The notes: generated from the sequence alone by a model not told the origin. A DNA stretch of 64,000 nt from Alphaproteobacteria bacterium (GCA_965224275.1 CBDCYR010000009.1:134864-198863); one strand, 5' to 3'; counted from the stretch's first letter, positions 1-10,762 are shown. Numbers and translations are program-made.

Positions 1-1192
1 CGACCACCGCCGCATCGGGCGCGAGATGAGTCTGTTCCACTTTCAGGAAGAGGCGCCGGGAGCGGTATTCTGGCACCCCAATGGCTGGACTCTGTTTCGC
101 TTGCTGGTTGACTACATGCGCGGGCGCCAGGATCGCGGTGGTTATGTCGAGGTCAGTACGCCGACAATAATGGACCGCACGTTGTGGGAGAGTTCAGGCC
201 ACTGGGAAACCTTCCGCGAGCACATGTATACGTCTGAGACCGAGGACGGGCGCGTCTATGCGGTCAAACCGATGAATTGCCCGGGTCACATTCAAATCTA
301 TAAGCAGGGCATTACGAGCTATCGCGGGCTACCCCTGCGGATGTCGGAATTTGGCAAGGTCGACCGCTACGAACCCTCTGGCGCCCTCCATGGGTCGATG
401 CGCGTGCGCGAATTTACCCAAGACGACGCGCATATCTTCTGTACACCGGACCAAATGGAATCGGAGTGCTGCACGGTCGTCGAGCTAATCATGGATATCT
501 ATCGTGACTTCGGTTTTGAGGACGTGGCGATCAAATTCGCCGATCGCCCCCCCAAACGCGTTGGCGATGACGCGACGTGGGATCAACTGGAAGCCTCGCT
601 GCGCGGTGCGCTCGACTCGATGGGGTATGCCTACACGCACAATCCTGGCGAAGGCGCATTCTACGGGCCCAAACTCGAGTTCGTTCTGCGCGATGCAATT
701 GGTCGTGATTGGCAATGCGGAACGCTGCAAGTCGACATGAATCTACCTGAGCGATTCGACATGACCTATGTCCGCGAAGATGGTGAGCGCCATCGTCCGG
801 TCATGCTTCACCGCGCCCTATTCGGGTCGCTCGAACGCTTTATCGGCATTCTTGTCGAACACTATGCCGGCCACCTGCCATTGTGGCTGTCGCCAACTCA
901 AATCGTCGTCGCGACGATCACCCAGGATGGTGACGGGTTCGCGCAAGAGGTGGCGGTTACATTCAAAGAGGCCGGCATGCGTTGTGTTTTGGATCTTTCG
1001 AACGAAAAAATCGGCCATAAGGTGCGCCAACACTCGCTCGAAAAAGTCCCGGTGATCGTGGCAATCGGCAAACGCGAAGCCGAACAACGCAGCATTTCGA
1101 TCCGCCGACTAGGCAGCAAGGATCAAGAAAGCGTTGCACTGGGTGCCGCAGTCGATAGACTTGTCGACGAAGCAAGGGCGCCGAGCTCTTGA
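1..1192 (+). CDS. thrS: threonine--tRNA ligase, C-terminal catalytic and anticodon-binding part (5' end lies outside the window)
   Basis: ORF 26..1192 is open back to the window start; class II aaRS core and ThrRS-like sequence (HPNGW...FREHMYT...NCPGHIQIY...[11 protein letters not shown]); followed by infC-rpmI-rplT-pheST as in the conserved operon. Confidence 0.9.
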   Translation, partial: DHRRIGREMSLFHFQEEAPGAVFWHPNGWTLFRLLVDYMRGRQDRGGYVEVSTPTIMDRTLWESSGHWETFREHMYTSETEDGRVYAVKPMNCPGHIQIYKQGITSYRGLPLRMSEFGKVDRYEPSGALHGSMRVREFTQDDAHIFCTPDQMESECCTVVELIMDIYRDFGFEDVAIKFADRPPKRVGDDATWDQLEASLRGALDSMGYAYTHNPGEGAFYGPKLEFVLRDAIGRDWQCGTLQVDMNLPERFDMTYVREDGERHRPVMLHRALFGSLERFIGILVEHYAGHLPLWLSPTQIVVATITQDGDGFAQEVAVTFKEAGMRCVLDLSNEKIGHKVRQHSLEKVPVIVAIGKREAEQRSISIRRLGSKDQESVALGAAVDRLVDEARAPSS

Positions 1193-1326
1193 TTTCGCGC
1201 GGTCATTGGTCTGGCCGGGGGGTAACTGACATTCGGAGGCGAGCGATCAGAACGATAAGCGTTTGCGATCTCCGAATACCAAAAGAGGAGATACAGTAGA
1301 TCGCAAGACGTCCATATCTGGGGTCC

Positions 1327-1842
1327 GTGCAAAAGGACAAAGGACCCCGCGCCAATGACGAGATCGATTCAGCACGTGTTCGTCTCGTTGGTGAAGATGG
1401 TGAAATGGTTGGCATCGTCGAGCTTGCGCAAGCGCTACAAGCTGCCGAAGAAGCTGGCCTTGATCTGGTAGAGATATCACCCAATTCGGATCCGCCGGTT
1501 TGCAAGGTGCTCGATCACGGGAAGTTCAAATACGAAGAGCAAAAGAAAAAGAACCTGGCGCACAAGAAGCAGAAGCTTGTTGACGTTAAGGAAATAAAGA
1601 TGCGACCCGGCATCGATACCCACGACTACCTAACCAAGATGCGCTCGATGAAGAAGTTCCTCGACGAGGGGGACAAGGTGAAGGTGACAGTGCGGTTTCG
1701 CGGTCGCGAAATGCTGCACCCTGACCGCGGGATGAACGTCCTCAAGCGAGTTCAAGGAGACGTTGAAGAAATCGGTAAGGTCGAGCAGTTCCCGCGAATG
1801 GAGGGTCGACTGATGACGATGGTGGTCTCGCCGCGAGTTTGA
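1327..1842 (+). CDS. infC: translation initiation factor IF-3
   Basis: Typical IF-3 sequence ([16 protein letters not shown]...[27 protein letters not shown]...[10 protein letters not shown]). The listed start at 1327 is GTG. An in-frame ATC at 1300 follows a stop and sits 9 nt downstream of a strong AAGAGGAG Shine-Dalgarno, so the true start may be a non-canonical AUC at 1300. Confidence 0.9.
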   Translation: MQKDKGPRANDEIDSARVRLVGEDGEMVGIVELAQALQAAEEAGLDLVEISPNSDPPVCKVLDHGKFKYEEQKKKNLAHKKQKLVDVKEIKMRPGIDTHDYLTKMRSMKKFLDEGDKVKVTVRFRGREMLHPDRGMNVLKRVQGDVEEIGKVEQFPRMEGRLMTMVVSPRV

Positions 1843-1897
1843 GCCGGCAATGGCGCTGCGCGAAACCGTCTTATGCCTGCTCACGGATCAGCGTCTC

Positions 1898-1914
1898 AGA
1901 TTCCATCCACTAAG
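1898..1914. repeat. copy of the dispersed palindromic motif (agattccatccactaag, half-degenerate) overlapping the stop codon of the CDF gene
   Basis: Matches GTGGATTCCATCCACTAG at 9247 and CTAGTGGATTTCATCCACTAG at 42205. Confidence 0.5.
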
Positions 1915-2536
1915 TTACCGGTGATACTTCACGACCGGTGCCGCGCCACTCTTGTCGCGCCTGGCGTGCAATCTGAATGGCGGCGCTAAGCGCGAGCACC
2001 GCCATCACTGAGCCGACCGCGATATCGGGCCAAGCGGTGGTGGTTGCGAAGACGCCGCCAGCCGCGGCGATCACCGCGATGTTGCCAAGGACATCATTGC
2101 GGCTGCACAGCCACACCGACCGCAGGTTTGCGTCACTGCCGCGAAAGCGGAACAGCAAAACAGCACTTACGACATTGGCAGTTAGTGCGGCCAGTCCGAC
2201 ACCGCCCATGATCTGGGCGGCTGGCGTGATCGGGTTCAACCCGTTGCCGAGAGCACTCAACAATATCCAGATCCCAAAAACACCAAGACTGGCGGCCTTG
2301 GCAAAAGCCGCCGCGGCGCGCCAGCGAATCGGTGCCGTCAACAGCGCCAGCGTGATGGCATAGGTCGCGGCGTCACCGAGAAAATCGAGCGCATCGGCCT
2401 GCAACGCAATCGAGCTCGCGTGAAGGCCGGCGAAGATCTCGATTGCGAACATTGCGGCATTGATGATCAAGACAACCCAGAGAATTCGACGCGTGGTCGA
2501 CTGGTGGTCGTGGTGATGGGGGCGGGCCTTACTCAT
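1910..2536 (-). CDS. cation diffusion facilitator (CDF) family metal efflux transporter, short 6-TM form without a C-terminal cytoplasmic domain
   Basis: His-rich N-terminus MSKARPHHHDHQ followed by the CDF TM1-2 signature (ILWVVLIINAAMFAIEIFAGLHASSIALQADALDFLGD). Start chosen at the ATG at 2536, whose codon overlaps the arsR stop by 8 nt (ATGCATGAGTAA); the longer ORF up to 2716 would overlap arsR by 188 nt. Confidence 0.75.
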   Translation of the reverse strand: MSKARPHHHDHQSTTRRILWVVLIINAAMFAIEIFAGLHASSIALQADALDFLGDAATYAITLALLTAPIRWRAAAAFAKAASLGVFGIWILLSALGNGLNPITPAAQIMGGVGLAALTANVVSAVLLFRFRGSDANLRSVWLCSRNDVLGNIAVIAAAGGVFATTTAWPDIAVGSVMAVLALSAAIQIARQARQEWRGTGREVSPVT

Positions 2537-2813
2537 GCATATCAGCCGTGGAGCGGCCCTCGGCTTCTGCGACGTGGGTCGCCATATCTTCAATAACCCG
2601 CTCGATATGCCCATCCGCCGGTGAGTAATAGACGCGGCGGCCGTCGCGTTGCGCCCTGACGATACGTAGCGCGCGCAGCAAGCGCAGATGATGGCTGATA
2701 AGCGAAGGCGACGCACCGAGGGCGGCGGCGATGTCGCCGACTGCGACCCGGCCCCTGGCGCAGATCAAGACGACGATGTGCAACCGCGTGTGGTCGCCCA
2801 TCAAGCGAAACAT
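2529..2813 (-). CDS. ArsR/SmtB family metal-responsive transcriptional repressor
   Basis: Winged-helix ArsR motif (HTRLHIVVLICARGRVAVGDIAAALGASPSLISHHLRLLRALRIVRAQRDGRRVYY). Start uncertain: Met at 2813 (MFRLMGDH) is preferred because it places the 34-bp palindrome in the promoter; alternative Met at 2855 lies inside the palindrome. Confidence 0.8.
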   Translation of the reverse strand: MFRLMGDHTRLHIVVLICARGRVAVGDIAAALGASPSLISHHLRLLRALRIVRAQRDGRRVYYSPADGHIERVIEDMATHVAEAEGRSTADMHE

Positions 2814-2850
2814 TTCGGCGAGAATCGCACCTTTTTCATCATCCCATTCA

Positions 2851-2884
2851 ATCATATATATGAATATATATTCATATATATGAT
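2851..2884. promoter_or_regulatory. perfect 34-bp AT-only palindrome ATCATATATATGAATATATATTCATATATATGAT, likely ArsR-type operator overlapping the promoter of the arsR-CDF operon
   Basis: Sequence is its own reverse complement; sits 38-71 bp upstream of the preferred arsR start, in the region divergent from rpmI; a striking AT block in a GC-rich genome. Confidence 0.6.
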
Positions 2885-3038
2885 ACGTCAAGAGTTGAAG
2901 TAGATTCTCGACTGGCCAGCGCCACCGCCGACCTTGCATTCGCGCGACGCTGTGGCTATAACGCCGCCTCGAACCGGTGTCGGGAGCGGCTCTTCTTGAG
3001 TACGCGGGGGCCGGTTCGTCTGCGTTGGTGCGGCGATC

Positions 3039-3236
3039 ATGCCGAAGATGAAATCAAAGAGCGGCGCGAAGAAGCGGTTTCGCCTGACCGCATCCGGCAA
3101 GGTGCGAATGAACCAGGCCGGCAAGCAGCACGGTATGATCAAGCGAACCAACAAGCAGATTCGAAATCAGCGAGGAACCGCGATCATGGCACCGCAAGAT
3201 GCCAAGATCATCAAGCGATTCCTTCCGTACGCCTGA
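3039..3236 (+). CDS. rpmI: 50S ribosomal protein L35
   Basis: [46 protein letters not shown]; position between infC and rplT. Confidence 0.95.
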   Translation: MPKMKSKSGAKKRFRLTASGKVRMNQAGKQHGMIKRTNKQIRNQRGTAIMAPQDAKIIKRFLPYA

Positions 3237-3248
3237 GGAGAGGCGACG

Positions 3249-3614
3249 ATGGCGCGGGTCAAGCGGGGCGTAACCAGCAAGGCGCGGCACAAAAAGGTGC
3301 TGAAGCGCGCGAAAGGCTATTACGGTCGCGCGCATAGCAATTACAAGACAGCGCTCCAATACGTCGAAAATGCGCTTCAATACGCCTATCGGGATCGGCG
3401 CCAGCGCAAGCGCCAATTTCGTGCGCTGTGGATCCAGCGAATCAATGCTGCGGCACGTCAGAATGGAATGACTTACGGACGATTTATCAACGGCCTCAGT
3501 GTCGCGGGCGTGGAGATCGACCGAAAAGTTCTGGCTGATCTGGCTGTTCGCGAACCCGTGGCCTTCACAACCTTGGTGGAGCAAGCAAAGGAAGCGCTCG
3601 CCAAGGCCGCTTAA
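3249..3614 (+). CDS. rplT: 50S ribosomal protein L20
   Basis: [37 protein letters not shown]...; conserved L20. Confidence 0.95.
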   Translation: MARVKRGVTSKARHKKVLKRAKGYYGRAHSNYKTALQYVENALQYAYRDRRQRKRQFRALWIQRINAAARQNGMTYGRFINGLSVAGVEIDRKVLADLAVREPVAFTTLVEQAKEALAKAA

Positions 3615-3648
3615 GCCGGCCCATTTCCGAACGATAATCGATGACGAA

Positions 3649-3674
3649 GGGGCCGCGAGACAGGCCCCTTTTTT
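3649..3674 (+). terminator. rho-independent terminator or attenuator hairpin (GGGGCC-N8-GGCCCC followed by TTTTTT) between rplT and pheS
   Basis: Perfect 6-bp GC stem plus T6 tract ending 11 nt before the pheS ATG. It lies inside a 12-codon mini-ORF ([12 protein letters not shown], 3640..3678) whose stop overlaps the pheS ribosome-binding site. Confidence 0.6.
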
Positions 3675-3684
3675 GGTGATCGAT

Positions 3685-4761
3685 ATGGAAGACCTGAACA
3701 CTCTCGAAACAGACCTGATGGGCGCGATCGACGTGGCCGACGACCTTGCTGCGCTCGACGCTGCCCGGGTTACCGCACTCGGGCGCAAGGGCCGGCTCAC
3801 AACCCTGATGCGCGGCCTCGGTGACCTCGACCCCGACCAACGCAAGGATCGCGCGGTCACGCTGAACGCGCTGAAAGATCGCATTAATCAAGCGATCGAC
3901 ACGCGCAAGACCGCGCTCGATGCGGTCGCGATCGAAGCCCGCCTCGCGACCGAAAAGATTGATGTGACGTTGCCGATCGCCAGCGAGAACGCCGGCCGCA
4001 TCCACCCCGTGAGCCATGTCACCGACGAAGTGATCGCGATCTTTGCCGATATGGGGTTCGAGGTCGCCGAAGGTCCCGACATCGAGGACGATTTCCACAA
4101 CTTCACCGCGTTGAACATCCCCCCCGAGCACCCCGCCCGCCAGATGCACGATACGTTCTATTTCCCTGCCGCTGATGAGCGTGAACGCAAGCTGCTGCGC
4201 ACGCATACCTCGCCAGTGCAAATTCGTCATATGCAGACCACCAAGCCGCCGCATCGCATCATCGTCCCCGGGCGTACCTATCGTTGCGATTCCGACCAGA
4301 CGCATACACCGATGTTCCATCAGGTGGAAGGATTGGTAATCGATACCGAAACCCATATGGGTCACCTCAAGGGGTGTCTGTATGAATTCGCGCGCGCGTT
4401 TTTCGGCATCGACGAATTGCCGATGCGGTTTCGGCCGAGCTATTTCCCCTTCACCGAACCCTCTGCCGAGATGGATATTGGCTGCACGCGAACTGGCGGC
4501 GAGCTTATCGTTGGCGAGGGCAGCGATTGGCTTGAGATTCTCGGATGCGGCATGGTCCACCCGCGGGTATTGGAGGCCGTCGGACTCGACGCCACCGTTT
4601 ATCAGGGCTTTGCCTTTGGCATGGGCATCGATCGCCTGGCGATGCTCAAATATGGCATTCCCGATCTACGTGCCTTTTTCGATAGCGATCTGCGCTGGCT
4701 CACGCATTTCGGATTTGTTCCGCTGGATGTGCCGACCTTGGCCGAGGGGTTGACGTTATGA
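3685..4761 (+). CDS. pheS: phenylalanine--tRNA ligase alpha subunit
   Basis: Start taken at MEDLNTLE (ATG 3685, GGTGA upstream); the longer ORF from 3499 overlaps rplT and the terminator; typical PheS class II core (FYFPA...[12 protein letters not shown]...[14 protein letters not shown]). Confidence 0.9.
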   Translation: MEDLNTLETDLMGAIDVADDLAALDAARVTALGRKGRLTTLMRGLGDLDPDQRKDRAVTLNALKDRINQAIDTRKTALDAVAIEARLATEKIDVTLPIASENAGRIHPVSHVTDEVIAIFADMGFEVAEGPDIEDDFHNFTALNIPPEHPARQMHDTFYFPAADERERKLLRTHTSPVQIRHMQTTKPPHRIIVPGRTYRCDSDQTHTPMFHQVEGLVIDTETHMGHLKGCLYEFARAFFGIDELPMRFRPSYFPFTEPSAEMDIGCTRTGGELIVGEGSDWLEILGCGMVHPRVLEAVGLDATVYQGFAFGMGIDRLAMLKYGIPDLRAFFDSDLRWLTHFGFVPLDVPTLAEGLTL

Positions 4762-7163
4762 AGTTCACCCTCGGCTGGTTGAAGGAGCATCTCGACACCA
4801 ATGCGGGGCTCAGCGAGATCATCAATCAACTCACGGCGAATGGTCTTGAGGTCGAAGAGGTCGCCGATCGCGCCACCGATCTGGCCGCTTTCATTACTGC
4901 GCGCGTCATCGAAGCCAAACCCCATCCCAACGCCGACAAGCTCCAACTCTGTCTCGTCGACACCGGGTCCGAGCAAGTCCAGGTTGTTTGTGGCGCGCCC
5001 AATGCGCGCACCGCCATGAAGGGTGTCTTCGCGCCGGTCGGCACCACGATACCAGGGACCGGTCTCTATCTTAAGAAGGCGAAGATTCGCGGCGAGGAGT
5101 CGCACGGTATGCTGTGTTCAGAGCGCGAGATGGGGATCTCCGATGAACACGAGGGCATTATCGAACTTCCCGACGACACCCCGGTCGGCGTGCCCTTTGC
5201 CGAGCTGCAAGGGCTGGACGACCCGGTCGTCGAAATCCAGATAACGCCCAATCGACAAGATTGTCTTGGGATCCATGGCATTGCCAGAGATCTCGCTGCA
5301 TCGGGAATCGGGACGGCTAGACCACTGGTCATCGATCCTGTCGCGGGATCTTTCACCAGCCCGATCGACGTTACGTTGAAGTTTGGTGAGACCGCACCCA
5401 TGCCGTGCCCGTTGTTCGTGGGTCGCTATTTTCGTGGGGTAAAGAACGGCCCGAGCCCGAAATGGCTGCAGGACCGACTGACCGCCATCGGCCTGCGGCC
5501 GATCTCGGCTTTGGTCGATATGACCAACTACTACACCTTCGATGTTGGCCGTCCCTTGCATGTGTTCGACGCCGATAAAGTCGCCGGTCATATCCACGTT
5601 CGCCTATCGACAAAAGGCGAGCGCCTCGCTGCCCTGAACGGCAACGAATACGAGACCGACGATGCCATGACCGTGATCGCCGACGATGATGGTGTGCTCG
5701 GATTTGGCGGCGTGATCGGGGGTGAGCCCTCTGGTTGTACTGACGATACCGTCAATGTTTTCATCGAAGCGGCATTGTTCGATCCGATCCGAACCGCCAT
5801 GACCGGGCGCAAACTGCAAATCGAAAGCGACGCCCGTTATCGTTTCGAGCGCGGGGTCGATCCGGCCTTCGTCGTTGACGGGATGGAGATCGCCACCCGG
5901 TTGGTGCTCGACGTCTGTGGCGGCGAGGCCAGCGAGTTGGTCGTCGCCGGTGCTGCACCCGATTGGCGGCGGTCGCTCTCCCTTCGCCCCTCGCGGGTTC
6001 GCGAGTTGGGCGGTCTCGATGTTTCGTCCGACGAAATCGTTCGCATCCTCACATCGCTCGGGTTTGGCGTCGGCCCCGAAAATACACACCTCAACGTCGA
6101 GATCCCGTCGTGGCGGTCGGATATCGACGGTGAAGCCGACTTGGTTGAAGAGGTCGTTCGAATCAAGGGCTACGATGCGATTCCACCGGTGCCAATCCCG
6201 CGTCGGAGCGCGGTAACCCAACCGGTCCTGTCGCCCCTGCAGCGTCGCCGCAGCGCAGTGCGCCGCACGCTCGCCGCGCGCGGGTTAGTCGAAGCGGTTA
6301 CATTTTCGTTCGCGCCGAAATCGCAGGTCGAGCTGTTCGGCGGCACCGACGACACCTTGCTCCTCGCCAACCCGATCAGCAGCGATCTCGACGCGATGCG
6401 GCCGAGCCTGTTGCCCAATCTTGTCGCCGCCGCCGGTCGCAATCACGATCGCGGTGCCGATGGAACGGCGCTGTTTGAGGTCGGGCCGGTCTATCACGAC
6501 GATTCGCCGCAGGGGCAGTCGCAGGTCGCGGGCGGGGTGCGCTCGGGCGCTGCGGGATCACGTCATTGGCGCGACCGGTCGCGTGCGGTCGATGTATTCG
6601 ACGCCAAAGCCGATGTCGCGGCAGCACTGGAGGCGCACGGTTTCAACTCGGATAACGCTCAAATCGTGGCCGATGCGCCGGCTTGGTACCATCCGGGCCG
6701 TTCTGGGGTGCTCAAGCGCGGCCCGCACAAGACATTGGCTCATTTCGGTGAGCTTCATCCCGCGATATTGGGGCGCATGGATCTAAAAGTGCCGGTGGTG
6801 GCATTCGAGGTGTTTCTCGATGACGTACCGCTTCCCAAGGTGAAACTGCGCCATACCCGGGCTAAGCTCGATCTGGCCGATCTGCCGGCGGTCGAGCGTG
6901 ACTTTGCGTTCGTCGTCGATCAGGACGCCACGGCGGCGACGCTGGTCGCCGCAGCGCGGGCCGCCGAAAAAAAGCTCATCACCGAGGTATCCGTATTCGA
7001 TGTTTATAGCGGTGAGGGCATTGAACCCGGTAAGAAATCGATTGCCTTTTCCGTACGCCTGCAACCAACCGAGAAAACCATGACGGAAGCTGAGATCGAC
7101 GCCGTTGCAGCAAACATCGTCGCGGCTGTGAGCAAAGCGACGGGGGGAACGTTGCGCGGATGA
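4758..7163 (+). CDS. pheT: phenylalanine--tRNA ligase beta subunit
   Basis: 801 aa; start overlaps the pheS stop (ATGA); tRNA-binding, B3/4, B5 and FDX-ACB-like regions recognisable. Confidence 0.95.
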   Translation: MKFTLGWLKEHLDTNAGLSEIINQLTANGLEVEEVADRATDLAAFITARVIEAKPHPNADKLQLCLVDTGSEQVQVVCGAPNARTAMKGVFAPVGTTIPGTGLYLKKAKIRGEESHGMLCSEREMGISDEHEGIIELPDDTPVGVPFAELQGLDDPVVEIQITPNRQDCLGIHGIARDLAASGIGTARPLVIDPVAGSFTSPIDVTLKFGETAPMPCPLFVGRYFRGVKNGPSPKWLQDRLTAIGLRPISALVDMTNYYTFDVGRPLHVFDADKVAGHIHVRLSTKGERLAALNGNEYETDDAMTVIADDDGVLGFGGVIGGEPSGCTDDTVNVFIEAALFDPIRTAMTGRKLQIESDARYRFERGVDPAFVVDGMEIATRLVLDVCGGEASELVVAGAAPDWRRSLSLRPSRVRELGGLDVSSDEIVRILTSLGFGVGPENTHLNVEIPSWRSDIDGEADLVEEVVRIKGYDAIPPVPIPRRSAVTQPVLSPLQRRRSAVRRTLAARGLVEAVTFSFAPKSQVELFGGTDDTLLLANPISSDLDAMRPSLLPNLVAAAGRNHDRGADGTALFEVGPVYHDDSPQGQSQVAGGVRSGAAGSRHWRDRSRAVDVFDAKADVAAALEAHGFNSDNAQIVADAPAWYHPGRSGVLKRGPHKTLAHFGELHPAILGRMDLKVPVVAFEVFLDDVPLPKVKLRHTRAKLDLADLPAVERDFAFVVDQDATAATLVAAARAAEKKLITEVSVFDVYSGEGIEPGKKSIAFSVRLQPTEKTMTEAEIDAVAANIVAAVSKATGGTLRG

Positions 7164-7370
7164 TCCCACTCACGGGCGATCTGTATCAACTTGGCGTTTC
7201 GAAGCGAAATCGCCACAGTCAAGGTTATGAGATAAATATTCACGGCTAGCGTTCAGCGAGAGGGGGATTGGTTTGTCTGCCAGTGCCTCGAAATCGACAC
7301 CTTACGAGGCATTCTGCGCCAGGCCAGACTGAGCCCTGACACTTTTGATGACCTTTGAACGCCCAGCGTC

Positions 7371-9179
7371 ATGACGGATCCGGCGCACATTCGCAACTTC
7401 GCGATCATCGCGCATATCGATCATGGAAAATCGACGCTCGCCGATCGCTTGATCGAAGTGTGCGGTGGGTTGAGCAAACGCGAGATGAAGGCGCAGGTGC
7501 TCGATTCGATGGACCTCGAACGCGAGCGTGGAATTACCATCAAAGCGCAGACCGTTCGTTTGGCTTACTGCGCCGAGGGCGGCGAAACCTATCAGCTCAA
7601 TCTGATGGACACGCCCGGTCACGTCGACTTCACCTATGAGGTAAGCCGATCGCTGGCCGCGTGTGAAGGGTCGCTGTTGCTGGTCGATGCGAGTCAAGGC
7701 GTCGAGGCGCAAACCCTGGCCAACGTCTATCAGGCGCTCGATGTCGACCATGAAATCGTCATCGGACTCAACAAGATCGACCTTCCCGCCTCTGAGCCCG
7801 ACCGCATTGCCCAGCAAATCGAGGACGTCATCGGCCTTGATGCGACCCATGCTCTGCGCATCTCGGCTAAGACCGGCACCGGCGTGAAAGAGGTGCTGGA
7901 GGCAGTGGTGCATCAAATACCGCCACCACAGGGCGATCCGGACGCGCCGCTCAAAGCCCTGCTGGTTGATTCCTGGTACGACCCTTATCTCGGCGTCATG
8001 ATCCTGGTGCGCCTCCAGGACGGAGTCCTGCGCAAAGGTATGCGCATCAAAATGATGGCGGCGGGGACTACCCATCTGGTCGAGCGGGTCGGTGTGTTTA
8101 CGCCAAAGCCGGATGTCCTCGATCAACTTGGCCCGGGTGAGATCGGGTTTATTACCGCGGGCATTAAAGAGGTGGCCGATACCAATGTCGGCGACACCAT
8201 CACCGAAGAAAAACGGCCGACGGCGGTCGCGCTGCCGGGTTTCAAACCCAGCCTGCCGGTGGTTTTCTGTGGTGTTTTCCCGACCGACACCAATGATTTC
8301 GAACATCTGCGCGAGAGCCTGGCCAAGCTGCGGCTCAACGATTCCAGTTTCCACTACGAACCCGAATCTTCGGCCGCCCTCGGTCTCGGATTCCGGTGCG
8401 GCTTTCTCGGCTTGCTGCACCTCGAGATTGTTCAGGAACGGCTCGCCCGCGAGTTCGATCTCGATCTGGTCACCACCGCACCGTCGGTGGTCTACCGGCT
8501 CCACCTCAGCAACGGTGACGAGATCGAGCTGCACAACCCAGCCGATATGCCGGACCCGGTACGGATCGCATCGATCGAAGAGCCCTGGATCAAAGCGACG
8601 ATCATGGTGCCCGATGATTACCTCGGCAGCGTTCTGAAGCTGTGCGAAGAACGCCGAGGCGTCCAGCTTGATCTCACCTATGTGGGCAGTCGCGCGATGG
8701 TGGTCTATCGATTACCGCTCAACGAGGTTGTGTTCGATTTTTACGACCGTTTGAAATCGGTGAGCCGCGGTTATGCCAGCTTCGATTATGACATCGAGGG
8801 ATATCAAGCCGGCGACCTGGTCAAGATGCAGATATTGATCAACGCCGAGCCGGTCGATGCGCTCGCGCTGGTGGTCCATGCTGGTCGTGCCGAAGCCCGC
8901 GGGCGGGCGTTATGCGAGCGCCTCAAAGAATTGATTCCGCGCCACTTGTTCCAAATACCGATCCAGGCTGCGATCGGCGGCCGAGTCATCGCCCGCGAAA
9001 CCATTCGTGCCCTGCGAAAAGATGTGCTTGCCAAGTGCTATGGCGGCGATGTCACGCGCAAACGCAAACTGTTGGAGAAACAAAAGGCCGGCAAGAAGCG
9101 GATGCGGCAAGTTGGCCAGGTCGACATTCCGCAGGAAGCGTTTATCGAGGCCCTCAAGATCGGCACCGGCGAGGGTTGA
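7371..9179 (+). CDS. lepA: elongation factor 4 (LepA)
   Basis: G domain [16 protein letters not shown]...DTPGHVDF...NKID and conserved LepA C-terminus; 602 aa. Confidence 0.95.
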   Translation: MTDPAHIRNFAIIAHIDHGKSTLADRLIEVCGGLSKREMKAQVLDSMDLERERGITIKAQTVRLAYCAEGGETYQLNLMDTPGHVDFTYEVSRSLAACEGSLLLVDASQGVEAQTLANVYQALDVDHEIVIGLNKIDLPASEPDRIAQQIEDVIGLDATHALRISAKTGTGVKEVLEAVVHQIPPPQGDPDAPLKALLVDSWYDPYLGVMILVRLQDGVLRKGMRIKMMAAGTTHLVERVGVFTPKPDVLDQLGPGEIGFITAGIKEVADTNVGDTITEEKRPTAVALPGFKPSLPVVFCGVFPTDTNDFEHLRESLAKLRLNDSSFHYEPESSAALGLGFRCGFLGLLHLEIVQERLAREFDLDLVTTAPSVVYRLHLSNGDEIELHNPADMPDPVRIASIEEPWIKATIMVPDDYLGSVLKLCEERRGVQLDLTYVGSRAMVVYRLPLNEVVFDFYDRLKSVSRGYASFDYDIEGYQAGDLVKMQILINAEPVDALALVVHAGRAEARGRALCERLKELIPRHLFQIPIQAAIGGRVIARETIRALRKDVLAKCYGGDVTRKRKLLEKQKAGKKRMRQVGQVDIPQEAFIEALKIGTGEG

Positions 9180-9246
9180 GTATTTACGTTTGGATCGGCT
9201 CAGCAGGTTGGCTTAAGCAAGCGATGCAATGCTAGCCGGCCGCTCG

Positions 9247-9263
9247 TGGATTCCATCCACTAG
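9247..9263. repeat. palindromic motif GTGGATTCCATCCACTAG (6-bp stem, 3-nt loop, then CTAG) downstream of lepA and of the convergent membrane-protein gene
   Basis: Inverted repeat GTGGAT/ATCCAC; same motif at 1898 and 42205. Confidence 0.55.
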
Positions 9264-9275
9264 CCCATTTGATCG

Positions 9276-9593
9276 CTAATGGTTGCGGAGGCCGCTGCGG
9301 CGCAGTTTGCGCGCGCGAAATGCGTAGATCAGGATGAGGCCGATAACGCCAAACACCGCCCAGGTCGGCCATAACAACACCGCGACGATGATCGGATCCC
9401 ACAATTCGGGAAGCACGTAGCGCTGGATCGCGGCTTGAGCGAGCCCAATGCTGGCCCGGTTGAGTTCGAACCATTGTTGGCCAAGCGGGGTAATGTCGAT
9501 CGCGCGGGCTGCTAGCGAGGCCACAATGTCGGCTCCCAACGCCACCAGTGCGATGATTAAAAACAGCCACCCAATGATCCGGCCGACTATCAC
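9276..9593 (-). CDS. hypothetical small membrane protein (two predicted TM helices)
   Basis: 105-aa ORF with hydrophobic segments (IIGWLFLIIALVALGADIVASLAA; IIVAVLLWPTWAVFGVIGLILIYAF); convergent with lepA. Confidence 0.5.
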   Translation of the reverse strand: MIVGRIIGWLFLIIALVALGADIVASLAARAIDITPLGQQWFELNRASIGLAQAAIQRYVLPELWDPIIVAVLLWPTWAVFGVIGLILIYAFRARKLRRSGLRNH

Positions 9594-9711
9594 TACAATC
9601 CCCTCAAGCCCGTCTGGGCCCCCAGGTTAGCGCGCTTTTGGCATCACGCCCACGGGTTTGCTTGCGTGCTGCCGGTTGCCGACTATATTTCCGCGACGCG
9701 CTGCGTCAACC

Positions 9712-9801
9712 GGAGGGGTGGCCGAGTGGTCGAAGGCGCACGCTTGGAAAGCGTGTGTACGTGCAAGCGTACCGTGGGTTCGAATCCCACTCCCTCCGCC
9801 A
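9712..9801 (+). tRNA. tRNA-Ser (anticodon GGA), class II with long variable arm
   Basis: Cloverleaf readable by eye: acceptor GGAGGGG/UCCCUCC, D-arm GCCGAGUGGUCGAAGGCG, anticodon arm CACGC-UUGGAAA-GCGUG (GGA), long extra arm, T-arm GUGGG-UUCGAAUC-CCCAC, discriminator G and encoded CCA. Confidence 0.9.
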
Positions 9802-9890
9802 TCCGCCTCCGCCAAGGCTTCGGCGGGATTAGCTGAGTTTTCTCTGGAGGCGGATGTCACGCCGTAGCTTTAGCGAAGGCGGACCCACTG

Positions 9891-9935
9891 ATGCATTATG
9901 TTTACATCTTAGAGTCCGACTCGAAACTCTATGTT
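9891..9935 (+). pseudogene. 5' fragment (MHYVYILESDSKLYV) of a GIY-YIG nuclease family (UPF0213/COG2827-like) gene interrupted by an IS insertion
   Basis: N-terminal GIY-YIG signature YVYIL...KLYVG; the reading frame continues seamlessly into 10880..11065 once the about 944-bp insertion is removed. Confidence 0.7.
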
Positions 9936-10762
9936 TGATAACAGTACCTTGCGAGCCGCCTTGTGAGGAGTCGGATGTTGGCGACAAGAATCCATGCCTG
10001 TGCGGAGGCGATTGATTTCTCCCAATCCTTGGCCAGTCGACGGCATCGGTTGAGCCAGGCGAAGGTCCTCTCGACGACCCATCGTCTGGGCAGGAGCTCG
10101 AAGCCCTGGGCGGTGTCTGAGCGCTTGATGATCTCGAGCTTCCAGCGGCCGATGTCCTCAAGGGCGCCCTCGAGTTTCGGTCCCGCGTAGGCGGCGTCGG
10201 CGAAGAGGTGACGCAGCCGGGGGAAGCGATGACGGATCGATTTGAGGACCTCGGGCGCGCCGTCGCGGTCCTGGATATCGGCTGCGTGCACGATCAGGCC
10301 GACCAGCAGGCCGAGTGTATCGGTGACGATGTGACGCTTGCGGCCCTTGATCTTCTTGCCCGCGTCATAGCCCCGAACACCACCGCTTTCCGTGGTTTTC
10401 ACGCTCTGGCTGTCGATCACCCCGGCGCTCGGGCCGGCCTCGCGTCCTTCCAGCTCCCGGGCCGCCATGACCAGGTGATGGTTGATGCTCTCCAGCAGGC
10501 CGTTGGAGCGCCAGTCGTAGAAATAGCGCTGGACCGTGGAAGGCGGAGGGAAGTCGTTCGGCAACATCGCCCACTGGCAGCCCGTCGAGGCCATGTACAT
10601 GACCGCATCCATGACATGGCGCAGGTCCGTCGTCCTCGGCCGGCCGATCTTCTTGCGCGGCGGCATGAGCGGCGCGATCAACGCCCACTCTCGATCCGTC
10701 AGGTCGCTTGCGTAGCGCCCGCCACGGCGCTCATAATTCGGGCGAGTGATTTCGGTCCACAT
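9929..10762 (-). CDS. IS5-family DDE transposase
   Basis: 277 aa from MWTEITRPNYERRGG with a GAGGAGG Shine-Dalgarno; IS5/IS427-type DDE transposase sequence (DREWALIAPLMPP...YDAGKKIKGRKRHIVTDTLGLLVGLIVHAADIQDRDGA...WVVERTFAWLNRCRRLAKDWE); its stop codon lies in the junction 8-mer. Confidence 0.85.
   Translation of the reverse strand: MWTEITRPNYERRGGRYASDLTDREWALIAPLMPPRKKIGRPRTTDLRHVMDAVMYMASTGCQWAMLPNDFPPPSTVQRYFYDWRSNGLLESINHHLVMAARELEGREAGPSAGVIDSQSVKTTESGGVRGYDAGKKIKGRKRHIVTDTLGLLVGLIVHAADIQDRDGAPEVLKSIRHRFPRLRHLFADAAYAGPKLEGALEDIGRWKLEIIKRSDTAQGFELLPRRWVVERTFAWLNRCRRLAKDWEKSIASAQAWILVANIRLLTRRLARYCYQT

Noticed and set aside
3499-3684. N-terminal extension of the pheS ORF back to 3499
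   Set aside because: The extension overlaps the rplT 3' end and the terminator hairpin; a conserved PheS N-terminus with a ribosome-binding site begins at ATG 3685.
3565-4560. 331-aa minus-strand ORF (and 3054..3884, 276 aa) overlapping rpmI, rplT and pheS
   Set aside because: Antisense to conserved ribosomal and pheS genes; no recognisable motifs.
7302-8534. 410-aa ORF on the minus strand opposite lepA
   Set aside because: Entirely antisense to the strongly supported lepA gene, with a low-complexity Arg/Gly/Asp-rich translation typical of spurious ORFs in GC-rich DNA.
9232-9570. Alternative 112-aa minus ORF overlapping the 9276..9593 membrane-protein ORF
   Set aside because: Different frame of the same region with an Arg/Pro-rich non-membrane translation; the hydrophobic 105-aa frame is more plausible, though neither is strongly supported.
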